The notes beneath the pieces are model-generated. The model was not told the origin of the DNA and searched no databases. It was given only the letters and a program-made list of their open reading frames with translations. DNA of 64,000 nucleotides, taken from positions 1 to 64,000 of IMG/VR virus record IMGVR_UViG_3300044620_000288; one strand, 5' to 3'. Below, one piece after another: positions 37,101 to 45,700 of the stretch (within the stretch, counting starts at the first letter, position 1; each line of letters opens with the position of its first letter). Origin of the DNA: a virus (lineage: Duplodnaviria > Heunggongvirae > Uroviricota > Caudoviricetes). The position numbers and the translations under genes are program-made.

Positions 37101-38789
37101 TCAAATGGTGCAAACGATATATTTAGGTGGTATGATGGTGCAACACAATTAGGAGTATTTAAGAATAGTGGTAACGTAGGTATAGGTACAAATTCACCTG
37201 TAGCAAACCTTCATGTTACAGGAGTTTGTGGGGCAGGGTCAAGTGGTAGTTTTTCAATAGCAGCTCCTGCAAGTGGAGGCGGATGTCCATCATATTTTAT
37301 AATGGGGAATAATGATAGTGCAGGAGTAGCAGGTCCTAACGTTATTATGTCAGCTAATAGACAGCTTTTATTTGGATTAGGTAATAGCTTCTCATCATCA
37401 ACAGGTGGTACATTTAGTGAATTGATGCGCATAACAAGTGATGGTAACGTAGGTATAGGCACTTCAAGTCCTATATCAAAATTAACAGTTGATAATACTA
37501 CAAATAATATATGGTTATCTATTAATAATGGTCGTAATAGTGGTAGTTCTCCAACATATGGGCTTTCTATTACAACAAGCCACGCTTCAAGTAGTTTAAA
37601 TGATGTAAATCACTATGGTGCGTACATTGTACCAAACTTTACTACATCATCATCAAACCTTGGTAGTGTTTATGGTATGTTTATACAACCTACTGAAAGT
37701 GGTTTTTATAATATAGGTTATGGATATGGTCTTTATGTAAAAGCGATAACAGTCAATTCAGGTACTATATCAAATAACTATGCTGCTGTTTTTATGGGAG
37801 GTAATGTTGGCATAGGCACTGTAACACCAAGCTATTTATTAGATGTTCATTCTTCTGCAGGAGGTTCATTTTCTACAATTCGTTCAAACAATGGTTTTAC
37901 AGGAGCTTCTGATGGTTCTCAGATTTTACTTGGTAATTCTGCAAACTTTACAAATGCTTACTTTAGATTAAATGGTGGTGGCAATAGTTCACAAGCAGGA
38001 ATAGGCTCATTAAATATAGGAGTTACAGAAGCCGTACCTATGGCGTTTTATACGTCAAATTCTGAACGTATGCGCATAACAAGTGGGGGGAATGTTGGTA
38101 TAGGTTGCACAGACCCAACTTCTATAAATATTACAGGAGCAAATTACCCTGTATTACAAATAAGAGATGGGGTTGGAGATGGACAACTTAGAGTTGGTGG
38201 AGTGGGTGATGGTACTGTTGGTTTATTGCTTGATTATGATAATTCAGCTTATACTACAACAACTATAAGGTCATTATATGGTGCTACATCAAATGACGCA
38301 GCTTTAAATATTGATGCAGGTTATATAACATTTAGAACAGGGACATCTTTCTCCGAACGTATGCGCATAACAAGTGGGGGGGATGTATTAGTAAACGCAA
38401 CAGCAACCACTCAAGGAGCTAAGTTCTATGTAAATGGGATAGGTGCATTTGGAAGTGTATATGTTGGAGCATTAGGTACAGGTACTGTTTACTCAAATGC
38501 AGGATTCCTAACCAATACCAACCCTTCAGACAGAAGATTAAAAACCAACATCATACCACTTACCTATGGTCTATCTGATATATTAAAACTAAACCCTGTT
38601 TCATATAATTGGAAAGATGGAACCAATGGTAAACAATTTGGATTCATAGCACAAGAAGTACAAGAAATAATGCCTGATGCAGTTAAAGATGGTGAATATC
38701 TTGGACTTGAAAAAGATGCTATCTATTCAGCTTTGGTAAATGCAATTAAAGAACTTAAACAAGAATTAGACACTTTAAAAAATAAATAA
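34161..38789 (+). CDS. long tail fibre: collagen-like Gly-X-Y blocks + T4 gp34/gp37-type fibre repeats + C-terminal S74 intramolecular-chaperone domain
   Basis: (GTS/GSS/GTT)n triplets, Gly every third residue, over about 290 and 230 residues. Four 'SERMRITSGGNVGIG(T).P' repeats. C-terminal 'NPSDRRLKTNIIPLTYGLSDILKLNPVSYNWKD...GFIAQEVQEIMPDAV' matches the endosialidase-chaperone (S74) domain. Confidence 0.85.
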   Translation: MSKQNCDPCNPELTSSNNVKYDGPNLPCTAVHTCDSLTVALQKIDERVCKLGGSSGTSGTSGTSGTSGTSGINGTSGSSGSSGSSGSSSTSGTSGTTGTSGSSGTRGTSGSSGSSGSSGTTGTGGSSGSSGTSATSGTSGTSATSGSSGTTGTSGTSGSTGTSGTSGTSGTSATSGSSGTTGTSGINGTSGSSGSSGSSGTSGTSATSGSSGTTGTSGTSGIEGTSGTSGTTGTSGTTGTSGTSGTSSTSGTSGTSATSGSSGTSGTSATDGTGGTSGSSGSSGTSGTDGTSGTSGTSGSTGTSGSSGSSGTSSTSGTSGTTGTSGSSGTSGTSATSGTSGLSGDRYATTSSSTYTLQAPGGTGTITVGTGLSYSLGQSIIITYSLDAFKHNEAIITAYNPGTGSLSFQVTGQTGTGTYSSWEVNLDGATGGDGSHGTSGTTGTSGTSGTSGTSATSGSSGSSGTTGTSGSSGTSGTTGIDGTSGTSGIDGTSGSSGTSATSGTSGTTGTSGTTGTSGSSGSSGSSGTSGSSGSSGSSGTSAVNGTSGSSGSSGSSGTNGTGGTSGTSGSSGSSGSSGTAGTSGINGTSGTTGTSGSSGTSGTSATSGSSGTTGTSGTTGSSGTSGSSGTSGTSATSGSSGTTGTSGTSATSGTSGSSGTSVSVSGTTNYVVKFTSASTIGNSQIFDNGTQLAINTASPSGFGTQRFLVVGSAASQIARFTDGANGDLVFDFPSTTISRITAQYGTGGVLVFANGTGFTERMRLDASGNLGLGVTPSAWSSSWKAFEFAAAAIAWTGAGANDFSFSTNSFFDSTDSRWEYKSTGDGAARYSMTALTGQHRWFTAPIGTAGAAISFTQVMTLNTSGNLSIGNTNDTYKLDVTGQIRVNGSTNEQLIVDYTIVSGGFTWQSFRLNGTNRYRIFGNTDNSFTLWSDVLSSNVLSIASTGAATFSSSVTANYGGTFIIPSESPASGNVALIAKTSNGANDIFRWYDGATQLGVFKNSGNVGIGTNSPVANLHVTGVCGAGSSGSFSIAAPASGGGCPSYFIMGNNDSAGVAGPNVIMSANRQLLFGLGNSFSSSTGGTFSELMRITSDGNVGIGTSSPISKLTVDNTTNNIWLSINNGRNSGSSPTYGLSITTSHASSSLNDVNHYGAYIVPNFTTSSSNLGSVYGMFIQPTESGFYNIGYGYGLYVKAITVNSGTISNNYAAVFMGGNVGIGTVTPSYLLDVHSSAGGSFSTIRSNNGFTGASDGSQILLGNSANFTNAYFRLNGGGNSSQAGIGSLNIGVTEAVPMAFYTSNSERMRITSGGNVGIGCTDPTSINITGANYPVLQIRDGVGDGQLRVGGVGDGTVGLLLDYDNSAYTTTTIRSLYGATSNDAALNIDAGYITFRTGTSFSERMRITSGGDVLVNATATTQGAKFYVNGIGAFGSVYVGALGTGTVYSNAGFLTNTNPSDRRLKTNIIPLTYGLSDILKLNPVSYNWKDGTNGKQFGFIAQEVQEIMPDAVKDGEYLGLEKDAIYSALVNAIKELKQELDTLKNK
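34314..35190. repeat. collagen-like (Gly-X-Y)n coding repeat block 1
   Basis: 9-nt and multiple-of-9 DNA periodicity 'ggt ac/ag. tct/agt'; causes the long spurious antisense ORFs. Confidence 0.85.
35440..36150. repeat. collagen-like (Gly-X-Y)n coding repeat block 2
   Basis: Same triplet periodicity. Confidence 0.85.
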
Positions 38790-38790
38790 A

Positions 38791-39153
38791 ATGGCAACAA
38801 CAGTATTTGAATGGGTAATCAGCGAATTAAATTGCGCTGTAGAATCAGAAGGTCTACTAGATGTAATCAATATGATACATTGGAGATATAACGCAACACA
38901 AGAGCATGATGGTAAACTTTATTTTGCAGACACTTATGGTGCATCAAGTGTAGCACAACCAAACCCACAAAACTTCATTCCTTACGCGGATGTAACAGAA
39001 GCTGAGGTTATTGGTTGGCTAGAACAAATACTTCCTGTAGATGCTATGCAATTATCTTTGGAGAACAACATTGCTCTACAGATTAATCCTGTTGAAGTTA
39101 CACTTCCATTACCATGGCTTTCAACAACAACCACCACCACCACTACACTATAA
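38791..39153 (+). CDS. hypothetical protein with C-terminal T8 tail (120 aa)
   Basis: ORF starting 2 nt after the fibre stop; ends 'WLSTTTTTTTTL'. Confidence 0.5.
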   Translation: MATTVFEWVISELNCAVESEGLLDVINMIHWRYNATQEHDGKLYFADTYGASSVAQPNPQNFIPYADVTEAEVIGWLEQILPVDAMQLSLENNIALQINPVEVTLPLPWLSTTTTTTTTL

Positions 39154-39162
39154 TTTATTAAA

Positions 39163-39223
39163 AATCCTGTTTTGTTGGTTTTACAGGATTTCTCCTGGGG
39201 CTTCGGCCCTGGGAGTTTTTGTT
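39163..39223 (+). terminator. tandem hairpins ending in a strong rho-independent terminator with UUCG tetraloop
   Basis: AATCCTGT / ACAGGATT (39163-39170 / 39183-39190). Then CTCCTGGGGC-TTCG-GCCCTGGGAG (39192-39215, 10 bp including 2 G-U pairs) followed by TTTTTGTTT. Confidence 0.75.
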
Positions 39224-39334
39224 TAAACTCTAACCAACTTGGTTAGAATGGATAACCAGAAAGGTTAAAATAATTTGGAAAATACCAAAAAACCTTCGTA
39301 CCTTTAGGGCAATTTTAATTCAAAAAAGTTGTAA

Positions 39335-40585
39335 ATGCCTGAAAATCAATCCCTTCTGCAACAACTGGAGCAAATGCTCCATTGGAAAAAGAGCAAAAAG
39401 TTCTATGCAGACAAACTAAACATCACAGAGAACGAGGTGGATGAGTTACTGAAGGGGTTGCGAGGGTCAGAAGAAATACAGAATGATGCTGAGATTTCAA
39501 ACTACATTGGAGAGTTAGAAGACCATGTAGTAAGGTTTTTAGAGGATATACAGAAAGGAACAGGTGAGGTGGTATTCAACTCTAAAGATGAAATCAAAAG
39601 CTTAGATGAGTTAATTGAAAAGTGCAATATTGACACAGAGAAATGGGAGATAACTAAATACGTACAGAACTATTGGGGAAATGGTGAAACTCCTCATTGG
39701 CAAGTAAAAGCATGGTTGGGTAAGAAGAAGGATGAGCAAGTGTTTCAAGATAGCTTCATATCCTTCCTAGAGAACTACCAACCAATATCTCCAGAAGTAA
39801 TGGCTCCTAAGTATGCTGAAGGTAAGAAAGATGCTTGCCTAATCATTAACAAACAGGATTCCCATTTAAATAAGTTAGACATAGGAGGAGAGAATGATAT
39901 AGACCATCGCTTTGGTGATTTCATCCAGAGGGTGGAAATAATCCTAAATCAAGCTTCCCTATCTAACAATCTCACAGATATCAAATACATTATTGGTTCT
40001 GATGAGTTCAACAGTGAGTTCACCAATTCAACTACAAAGGGCACTCCCCAACAAAACATCCTTTCATATCATGATGCGTTTCAGGCAATATGTGATCATG
40101 AAGTGAGCGTGATAAACCTGCTCCTTCAGAAAGGAGAAAATGTGGATGTTATATTTGTAGCTGGTAATCATGATGAATATGTAGGATGGCATTTAGCCAG
40201 TTGGTTACAAACCTACTTTAGAAGCGAAGAGCGTGTGTTCTTTGACATCTCTCCAAGATATAGAAAGTATGTGAGCTATGGTACATCAGCATTAATGTTT
40301 AACCACGGAGATGCTTTAAAACCTGCAAAGCTTGCTGGCTTGTTCCCTATGGAGTTTAAAACTGAATGGTCAGAGCATGACAACTTCTACATATTCACAG
40401 GTGACAAACACCATGAAATGAGTCTTGATTTCAATGGTATTAAGTTCTATCAACTACCTGCATTCTCTACAGCCAAGAGTTCTTGGGATGATAAGAATGG
40501 ATACACCGTAACCAAGGGTGAGGTGACAGGGTTCTTGATAGATCTCCAAGATGGAATAACAAACATATTCAAACAGTATTTATAA
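39335..40585 (+). CDS. calcineurin-like metallophosphoesterase (416 aa)
   Basis: Ordered motifs 'QDSHLN' ... 'DIDHRFGDFI' ... 'IFVAGNHDEY' ... 'GDKHHE' (D-x-H / GDxxD / GNH[DE] / H pattern). Confidence 0.65.
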   Translation: MPENQSLLQQLEQMLHWKKSKKFYADKLNITENEVDELLKGLRGSEEIQNDAEISNYIGELEDHVVRFLEDIQKGTGEVVFNSKDEIKSLDELIEKCNIDTEKWEITKYVQNYWGNGETPHWQVKAWLGKKKDEQVFQDSFISFLENYQPISPEVMAPKYAEGKKDACLIINKQDSHLNKLDIGGENDIDHRFGDFIQRVEIILNQASLSNNLTDIKYIIGSDEFNSEFTNSTTKGTPQQNILSYHDAFQAICDHEVSVINLLLQKGENVDVIFVAGNHDEYVGWHLASWLQTYFRSEERVFFDISPRYRKYVSYGTSALMFNHGDALKPAKLAGLFPMEFKTEWSEHDNFYIFTGDKHHEMSLDFNGIKFYQLPAFSTAKSSWDDKNGYTVTKGEVTGFLIDLQDGITNIFKQYL

Positions 40586-41313
40586 TGTCAACTTTTAGGA
40601 AGCTAGTTTCAGATGTACGTTCTATGCACAAGTTGCTCTCCACGGACAACTTGATCACGGATAGAGCTGTCATGTCTGAAATTAGAAACAATGCCTTCCT
40701 CTTGATTAAGCGTGAGACTAATCTGAGGAAGTTATGGGCAACCGATACAGTTTTTACCACCATTCCCTGCTTGGAGATGGTGGAAGTTCCTATTTCTGAA
40801 TGTTGTGATTATGTAGATCCTTGCACAGTGGCTAGAACAAGATTCAAGCTGCCTAGGATTACAGAGGGTAATTATCAATATGTCATTCAGGGTGTTTATT
40901 CAATTAACGCTATGAGTGGTCAGGGAAAGAAACTTAAGGAAATAACCATCAACCGATACGTGAACTTGCTCAAGCTTCCTATAATTAAAAATGAGGAATA
41001 CTATTGGATTTCTAACGGATATCTGTATGTGAACAATCCACTCTTAAAAGCAATCAGACTTGTTGCTCTTTTCGAGGAAGATGTTCCAAATGAGATAATG
41101 TATCCAGAATGTGGATGCGGAACTCCTAGCTATACACCAGAGCAACTGTGTGTAAATCCTTTAGATAAAGAATCTCCAGTTCCTGGCTATCTAGAAAAGC
41201 AGGTGTTGGAGCTCACTTCTCAGAAGCTTCTCTCTACGTATTTCAAATTGAAGACAGACATCACAAATGATGGAGTTGATGGTCAAGCACCTAACGCTCC
41301 AAATTTGAGATAA
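40585..41313 (+). CDS. hypothetical protein (242 aa)
   Basis: ORF with ATGA overlap. Confidence 0.5.
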   Translation: MSTFRKLVSDVRSMHKLLSTDNLITDRAVMSEIRNNAFLLIKRETNLRKLWATDTVFTTIPCLEMVEVPISECCDYVDPCTVARTRFKLPRITEGNYQYVIQGVYSINAMSGQGKKLKEITINRYVNLLKLPIIKNEEYYWISNGYLYVNNPLLKAIRLVALFEEDVPNEIMYPECGCGTPSYTPEQLCVNPLDKESPVPGYLEKQVLELTSQKLLSTYFKLKTDITNDGVDGQAPNAPNLR

Positions 41314-41316
41314 GAT

Positions 41317-41793
41317 ATGAGAGTAAAGATAGACTGGAGAAGCGCCAGCAAAGAAAACTACAACAGTTTCTGTAAGAAACATCCGTCCATAAAGCTCACC
41401 TTTGATCAATGGAGAAACATCGTTTATTCTTTTAACGATGCATTTAAAGAATACATTCTTGAGACAGGAGAGAAAGCAAAGCTGCCTTTTGGTTTTGGTG
41501 AGTTTGCCATAAACAAGAAAAAGCGTAAGAAGGTAAAAGACATTCATGGAAAAGAGTTTGTCAACCTTCCTATTGATTGGAAAAAGACAAAGGAGAAAGG
41601 TAAACGTATTTACAACTTTAACTTTCACACAGAGGGCTTCTTCTTTGGATGGGTGTGGTTTAAGTCAACAGCTAGATTCAGACAATCACCGTTGTGGTAT
41701 TTTAAACCTTCCAGAAACACGTCTAGACTTCTTTCTCACTATCTAAGAGCTGACGATAAATATCAACATCTCTATCACGAATGGAAAAAGTAA
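41317..41793 (+). CDS. basic hypothetical protein (158 aa)
   Basis: ORF; K/R-rich. Confidence 0.5.
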   Translation: MRVKIDWRSASKENYNSFCKKHPSIKLTFDQWRNIVYSFNDAFKEYILETGEKAKLPFGFGEFAINKKKRKKVKDIHGKEFVNLPIDWKKTKEKGKRIYNFNFHTEGFFFGWVWFKSTARFRQSPLWYFKPSRNTSRLLSHYLRADDKYQHLYHEWKK

Positions 41794-41798
41794 AATAG

Positions 41799-42770
41799 AT
41801 GTCATACTATTACAAATATAATTTTATCAGCCCTGCGCCTGTATACGCTACAGTTAAGGAGGAATTCAAAAGCTATTTTGATACAGGAGCAGTTGATGAT
41901 TTAATGTTCCCCACCTATCTAGACAAGTGTCTTAGAAAGTTGGGTAGAACAACTTATGTGATTTCTCAGGAAATCCTACACATTAACGACTATCAAGCTA
42001 GACTCCCAGACAACTTCTTTGCTGTGAGAGAGGCTTGGATGTGTACAGCTGTGAATGGTTTCCCTTATCAACAGGCTAACTCATTCTACTCACAGGCTGC
42101 TACAGCTACAACAATTCAGGTGAGCCCTATCACCACAGATTGTCCAATCCCTAGTCCTTGTTGTGGTAATGTAGGATGTGATGGTTCTTGTATGCCTGAA
42201 CTCATTCAAACAGTGTACAAGACTAATAATGAAGCAGCAGTTAGCTATCGTAGAGAATACCTATTAAAACCTGGTAACATTTCTGCACAAGGTAACTGTG
42301 GTGTAGACTATACCAATAACTGGGAGTTCTATGCACAGGCACCTCCTATTAATGAGTTCACTCCTGGTTCCTCTTGGTATGACTCATTTGATATCAGAGA
42401 CAATAAGTTTGTCACTAACTTCCGTAATGGTGTGGTGCATCTGTTGTTTTATGCTACAGAATATGATGCTGGTGGAAATCAGTTAATTCCTGACAACTAT
42501 CGTATTAGAGAATATGTTGAAGCTTTCATCAAGTATAAGGTGATTGAAACGCTCACTAATCAAGTGAACGATGAGACATACAATCAGCTAGAAAGGAAGA
42601 TGATGAACTACAAACAACAGTCTGAAGAAGCTTTCATCATGGCTGATATTGAGATTAAGAAGCAAGATCCTTGGACTAAGCAACGTAGGATTAAGAATGA
42701 CTTGAACAGATTTAACATGTATGAACTTCCTAATCGTACTAATAGATACGGTTGGAGACGCAATAATTAA
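41799..42770 (+). CDS. hypothetical virion protein (323 aa)
   Basis: ORF. Confidence 0.5.
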   Translation: MSYYYKYNFISPAPVYATVKEEFKSYFDTGAVDDLMFPTYLDKCLRKLGRTTYVISQEILHINDYQARLPDNFFAVREAWMCTAVNGFPYQQANSFYSQAATATTIQVSPITTDCPIPSPCCGNVGCDGSCMPELIQTVYKTNNEAAVSYRREYLLKPGNISAQGNCGVDYTNNWEFYAQAPPINEFTPGSSWYDSFDIRDNKFVTNFRNGVVHLLFYATEYDAGGNQLIPDNYRIREYVEAFIKYKVIETLTNQVNDETYNQLERKMMNYKQQSEEAFIMADIEIKKQDPWTKQRRIKNDLNRFNMYELPNRTNRYGWRRNN

Positions 42771-42775
42771 TACTA

Positions 42776-45700
42776 ATGGCTGAACAGGAACAAGGCAATA
42801 TTAGACAGGAGTATAACAATGCTACTACAGGTCTTAACATGGACCAAACCCCTAACCAAATTGCAAAGGGGAAACTAACGTATGCAATAAATGCTACTGT
42901 TGAAAACTATGATGCTAATTCTGTAAACTATCAGAATGAGCCAGGGAACGAACTTTGTGTTACGTTCCCTTCAGGTTTTGTGCTTATAGGTAATCACTTC
43001 ATCCAAGAGAAGAACAAACATATATTCTTTATCACTAACCCTGATACAGGAGCTAGTCAGATTGGACAGATGGAGAATAATGATTGCGTATATCGTGTAA
43101 TTGTAAATGCTCCTTGCCTCAACTTCAATACTGGCTACCCCATCCACAAGGTGGCACATAAGATAACTAATTGTACCACAGAGATTTATTGGACAGATGG
43201 ATTCAATCCTAGAAGATATTTGGACATTGACAATATTCCAAAAGTTCTAAAATCTGGAACTCCGTTCTGTGATCCAGAATATACAGACGACCTAGACTGT
43301 AATCAACTTAAACTTCAACCCAACTTTAATATCCCTCAACTGGAGGTAACTGATGTTACTAGCACAGGTAATCTGATTGCTGGTACATATCAGTTTGCTG
43401 CACAATACTCTGATGCTCAGGGTAATCCTTACACGTCCTACTATTCTGTTACCAACCCAACACCTATTGCTGATAAGTTCATTACATCAGTGAACTTCAA
43501 CTATCCTGTTGGGAAGTCTATCATCCTCAATATAAGCAATCTTGAGGACACAGGGCTTTACCAGTATTTTAACTTAGCGGTGATTAAGACAGTGAATAAC
43601 ATCACTTCTGTCGAGCTAGCTGGTACATATTACATCGATGCTGTTCAAAAGGAAATCACATACACTGGTCAGAACGTTACACAAATCAGACTGACTATCA
43701 ATGATATATTTGAGAAGTTCCCTTATTACGACATTGCTCAAGATCTTACAACAGCACAAGATGTCTTGATATGGGACAACCTTACATCTATTGATCGTAT
43801 TAACTACCAAAGCATTGCTAATCAAATTCCTCTGTTATGGGAAAGCTGGAGAATTCCTGCTGACCAAAACTATTCAGATGAGTTGAATGCCACCAATCTC
43901 AGAGGTTATTTGAGAGATGAGGTGTATGCTTTTGAGATAGTGTTCTTGCTTAAGAATGGTAAGCAGACAGATGGATTTCATATTCCTGGTAGAATCAAAG
44001 GCGCTACAGAGAACTTACAACCTGATGTACCAGATACCAACCCAGACTTTATAGGCGTTCCTGATTACACATCTGGAGGAATAGGATATAGCTCTTATTG
44101 GAAAATCTACAATACAGGATCTGTTATTGGTACAAGTCCTGGATATTCTCCAGCTCCTGACTACAGAGGTCCTTATCAGTATGGTGAGTTTGGTTATTGG
44201 GAATCAACAGACACCTACCCATGTAACAAAGATGTGTGGGGCGATCTTGCTGGTCAGCCTATTAGGCACCATAAGTTCCCTGACATCAATGTAAGTCCTG
44301 CTTACGAATCTAAGATATTTACAGGACCTTCAGGTATGGTTCAGGGTAATGATGCTGTGTTCCCTATTGGTGTACAATTAGATGTACAACTAGTGAGCTC
44401 ACTTATTCAGACATCCACTCTTACACCAGAACAGAAAGATGATATTGTAGCATTTAAAATCATTCGTGCTGATCGTGGTACAAACAAGTCTATTGTTGCT
44501 AAGGGTATCCTTAGAAACGTAAATACGTATGAGAGAGAAGAGGAAACCTACTACTATCCTAACTACCCATACAACGATCTTAACCCAGATCCATTCCTTA
44601 ATACAACTAACAATGCCTACTCACAAATCTGTGATGGGTATAGTGTATTCATAGACACACTTGTTGTAGACCCTGCTGGTGGACCTTCTTTTGCTGAGGT
44701 GGAATACACTGATTGCAATACGAACAAAACAACAAAGAAGAAATACTTTGCAATTGGTCAATATCCACTTTGCTCAATAGGTAAGCCTACAATCCTTGGT
44801 CCTGCAACAGGAAGGGTGGGGCTTTCTACATATGAGATATGGACAGCTCAGGTTTGTAATCCAAGTCCTTTTGCATTTGCCAGAGGTGGTAGAATTGAGT
44901 GGAACGACATCTATACAGGTGTCACTACACAGTGGGTGAATGGATGGCCTACCTCTCCAGTGTATACATTATATGTAGTTCCTGGCACAGGTGGTCCTGT
45001 ACAAATTGAAGGTCCTGGTAATATTTGTTTCACTGGTCCAACACTTGTTACAGGTGCAAATTGTAAAGCTGAGAATCCTCAACCTGGATTTACAGAGAAA
45101 TACAGACAGATATTTAACTCTCCTGAAACTTCTTTTGGACAGCCTTTCTTAGGTGGTGTTCTTAAGCTTGAGAGTGTAATGTTTGGTAGAGGTAAAGGTC
45201 ACTTTGTTGAGGTGAGAGATAATGCTAAGTACAAACTCTTAACAGAAGAAGCTCAGCGTGATGCTCTTGAAAGTGCTGAAGAACTAGGTGATGTAACCAC
45301 ACCATTCAATGCGACTGCTATGTTTACAGCATACCAGGCGTATTTAACCATCTATGTAAATGGCATCACAAGGAAGAACTATGCTTACTCTTTCAACTCC
45401 ATAGGAGATTATAACTATGGGGTGGGAGTTCCTGATGATCTAGGGATTAAGCAACGTAACCTTGACATCGCTAGATATTTGATTCCTGGTGTACAGAACG
45501 TTGGTGATATATACAACATCAACAACTTCCAAAGAGAATCATCTGTCTACCTAAGAACTGACCTAGATAGACCAGGTCTTCCCTTCCCAGACCAAAGCCC
45601 TAACATGTTGTCTGCAGGAAGTTCAATAGTTACAGACATATCAAGATTCACTATATCAGAAAGAAGCAAGTGTCAAGCTCCTGCTAAGGAAGAAGACATG

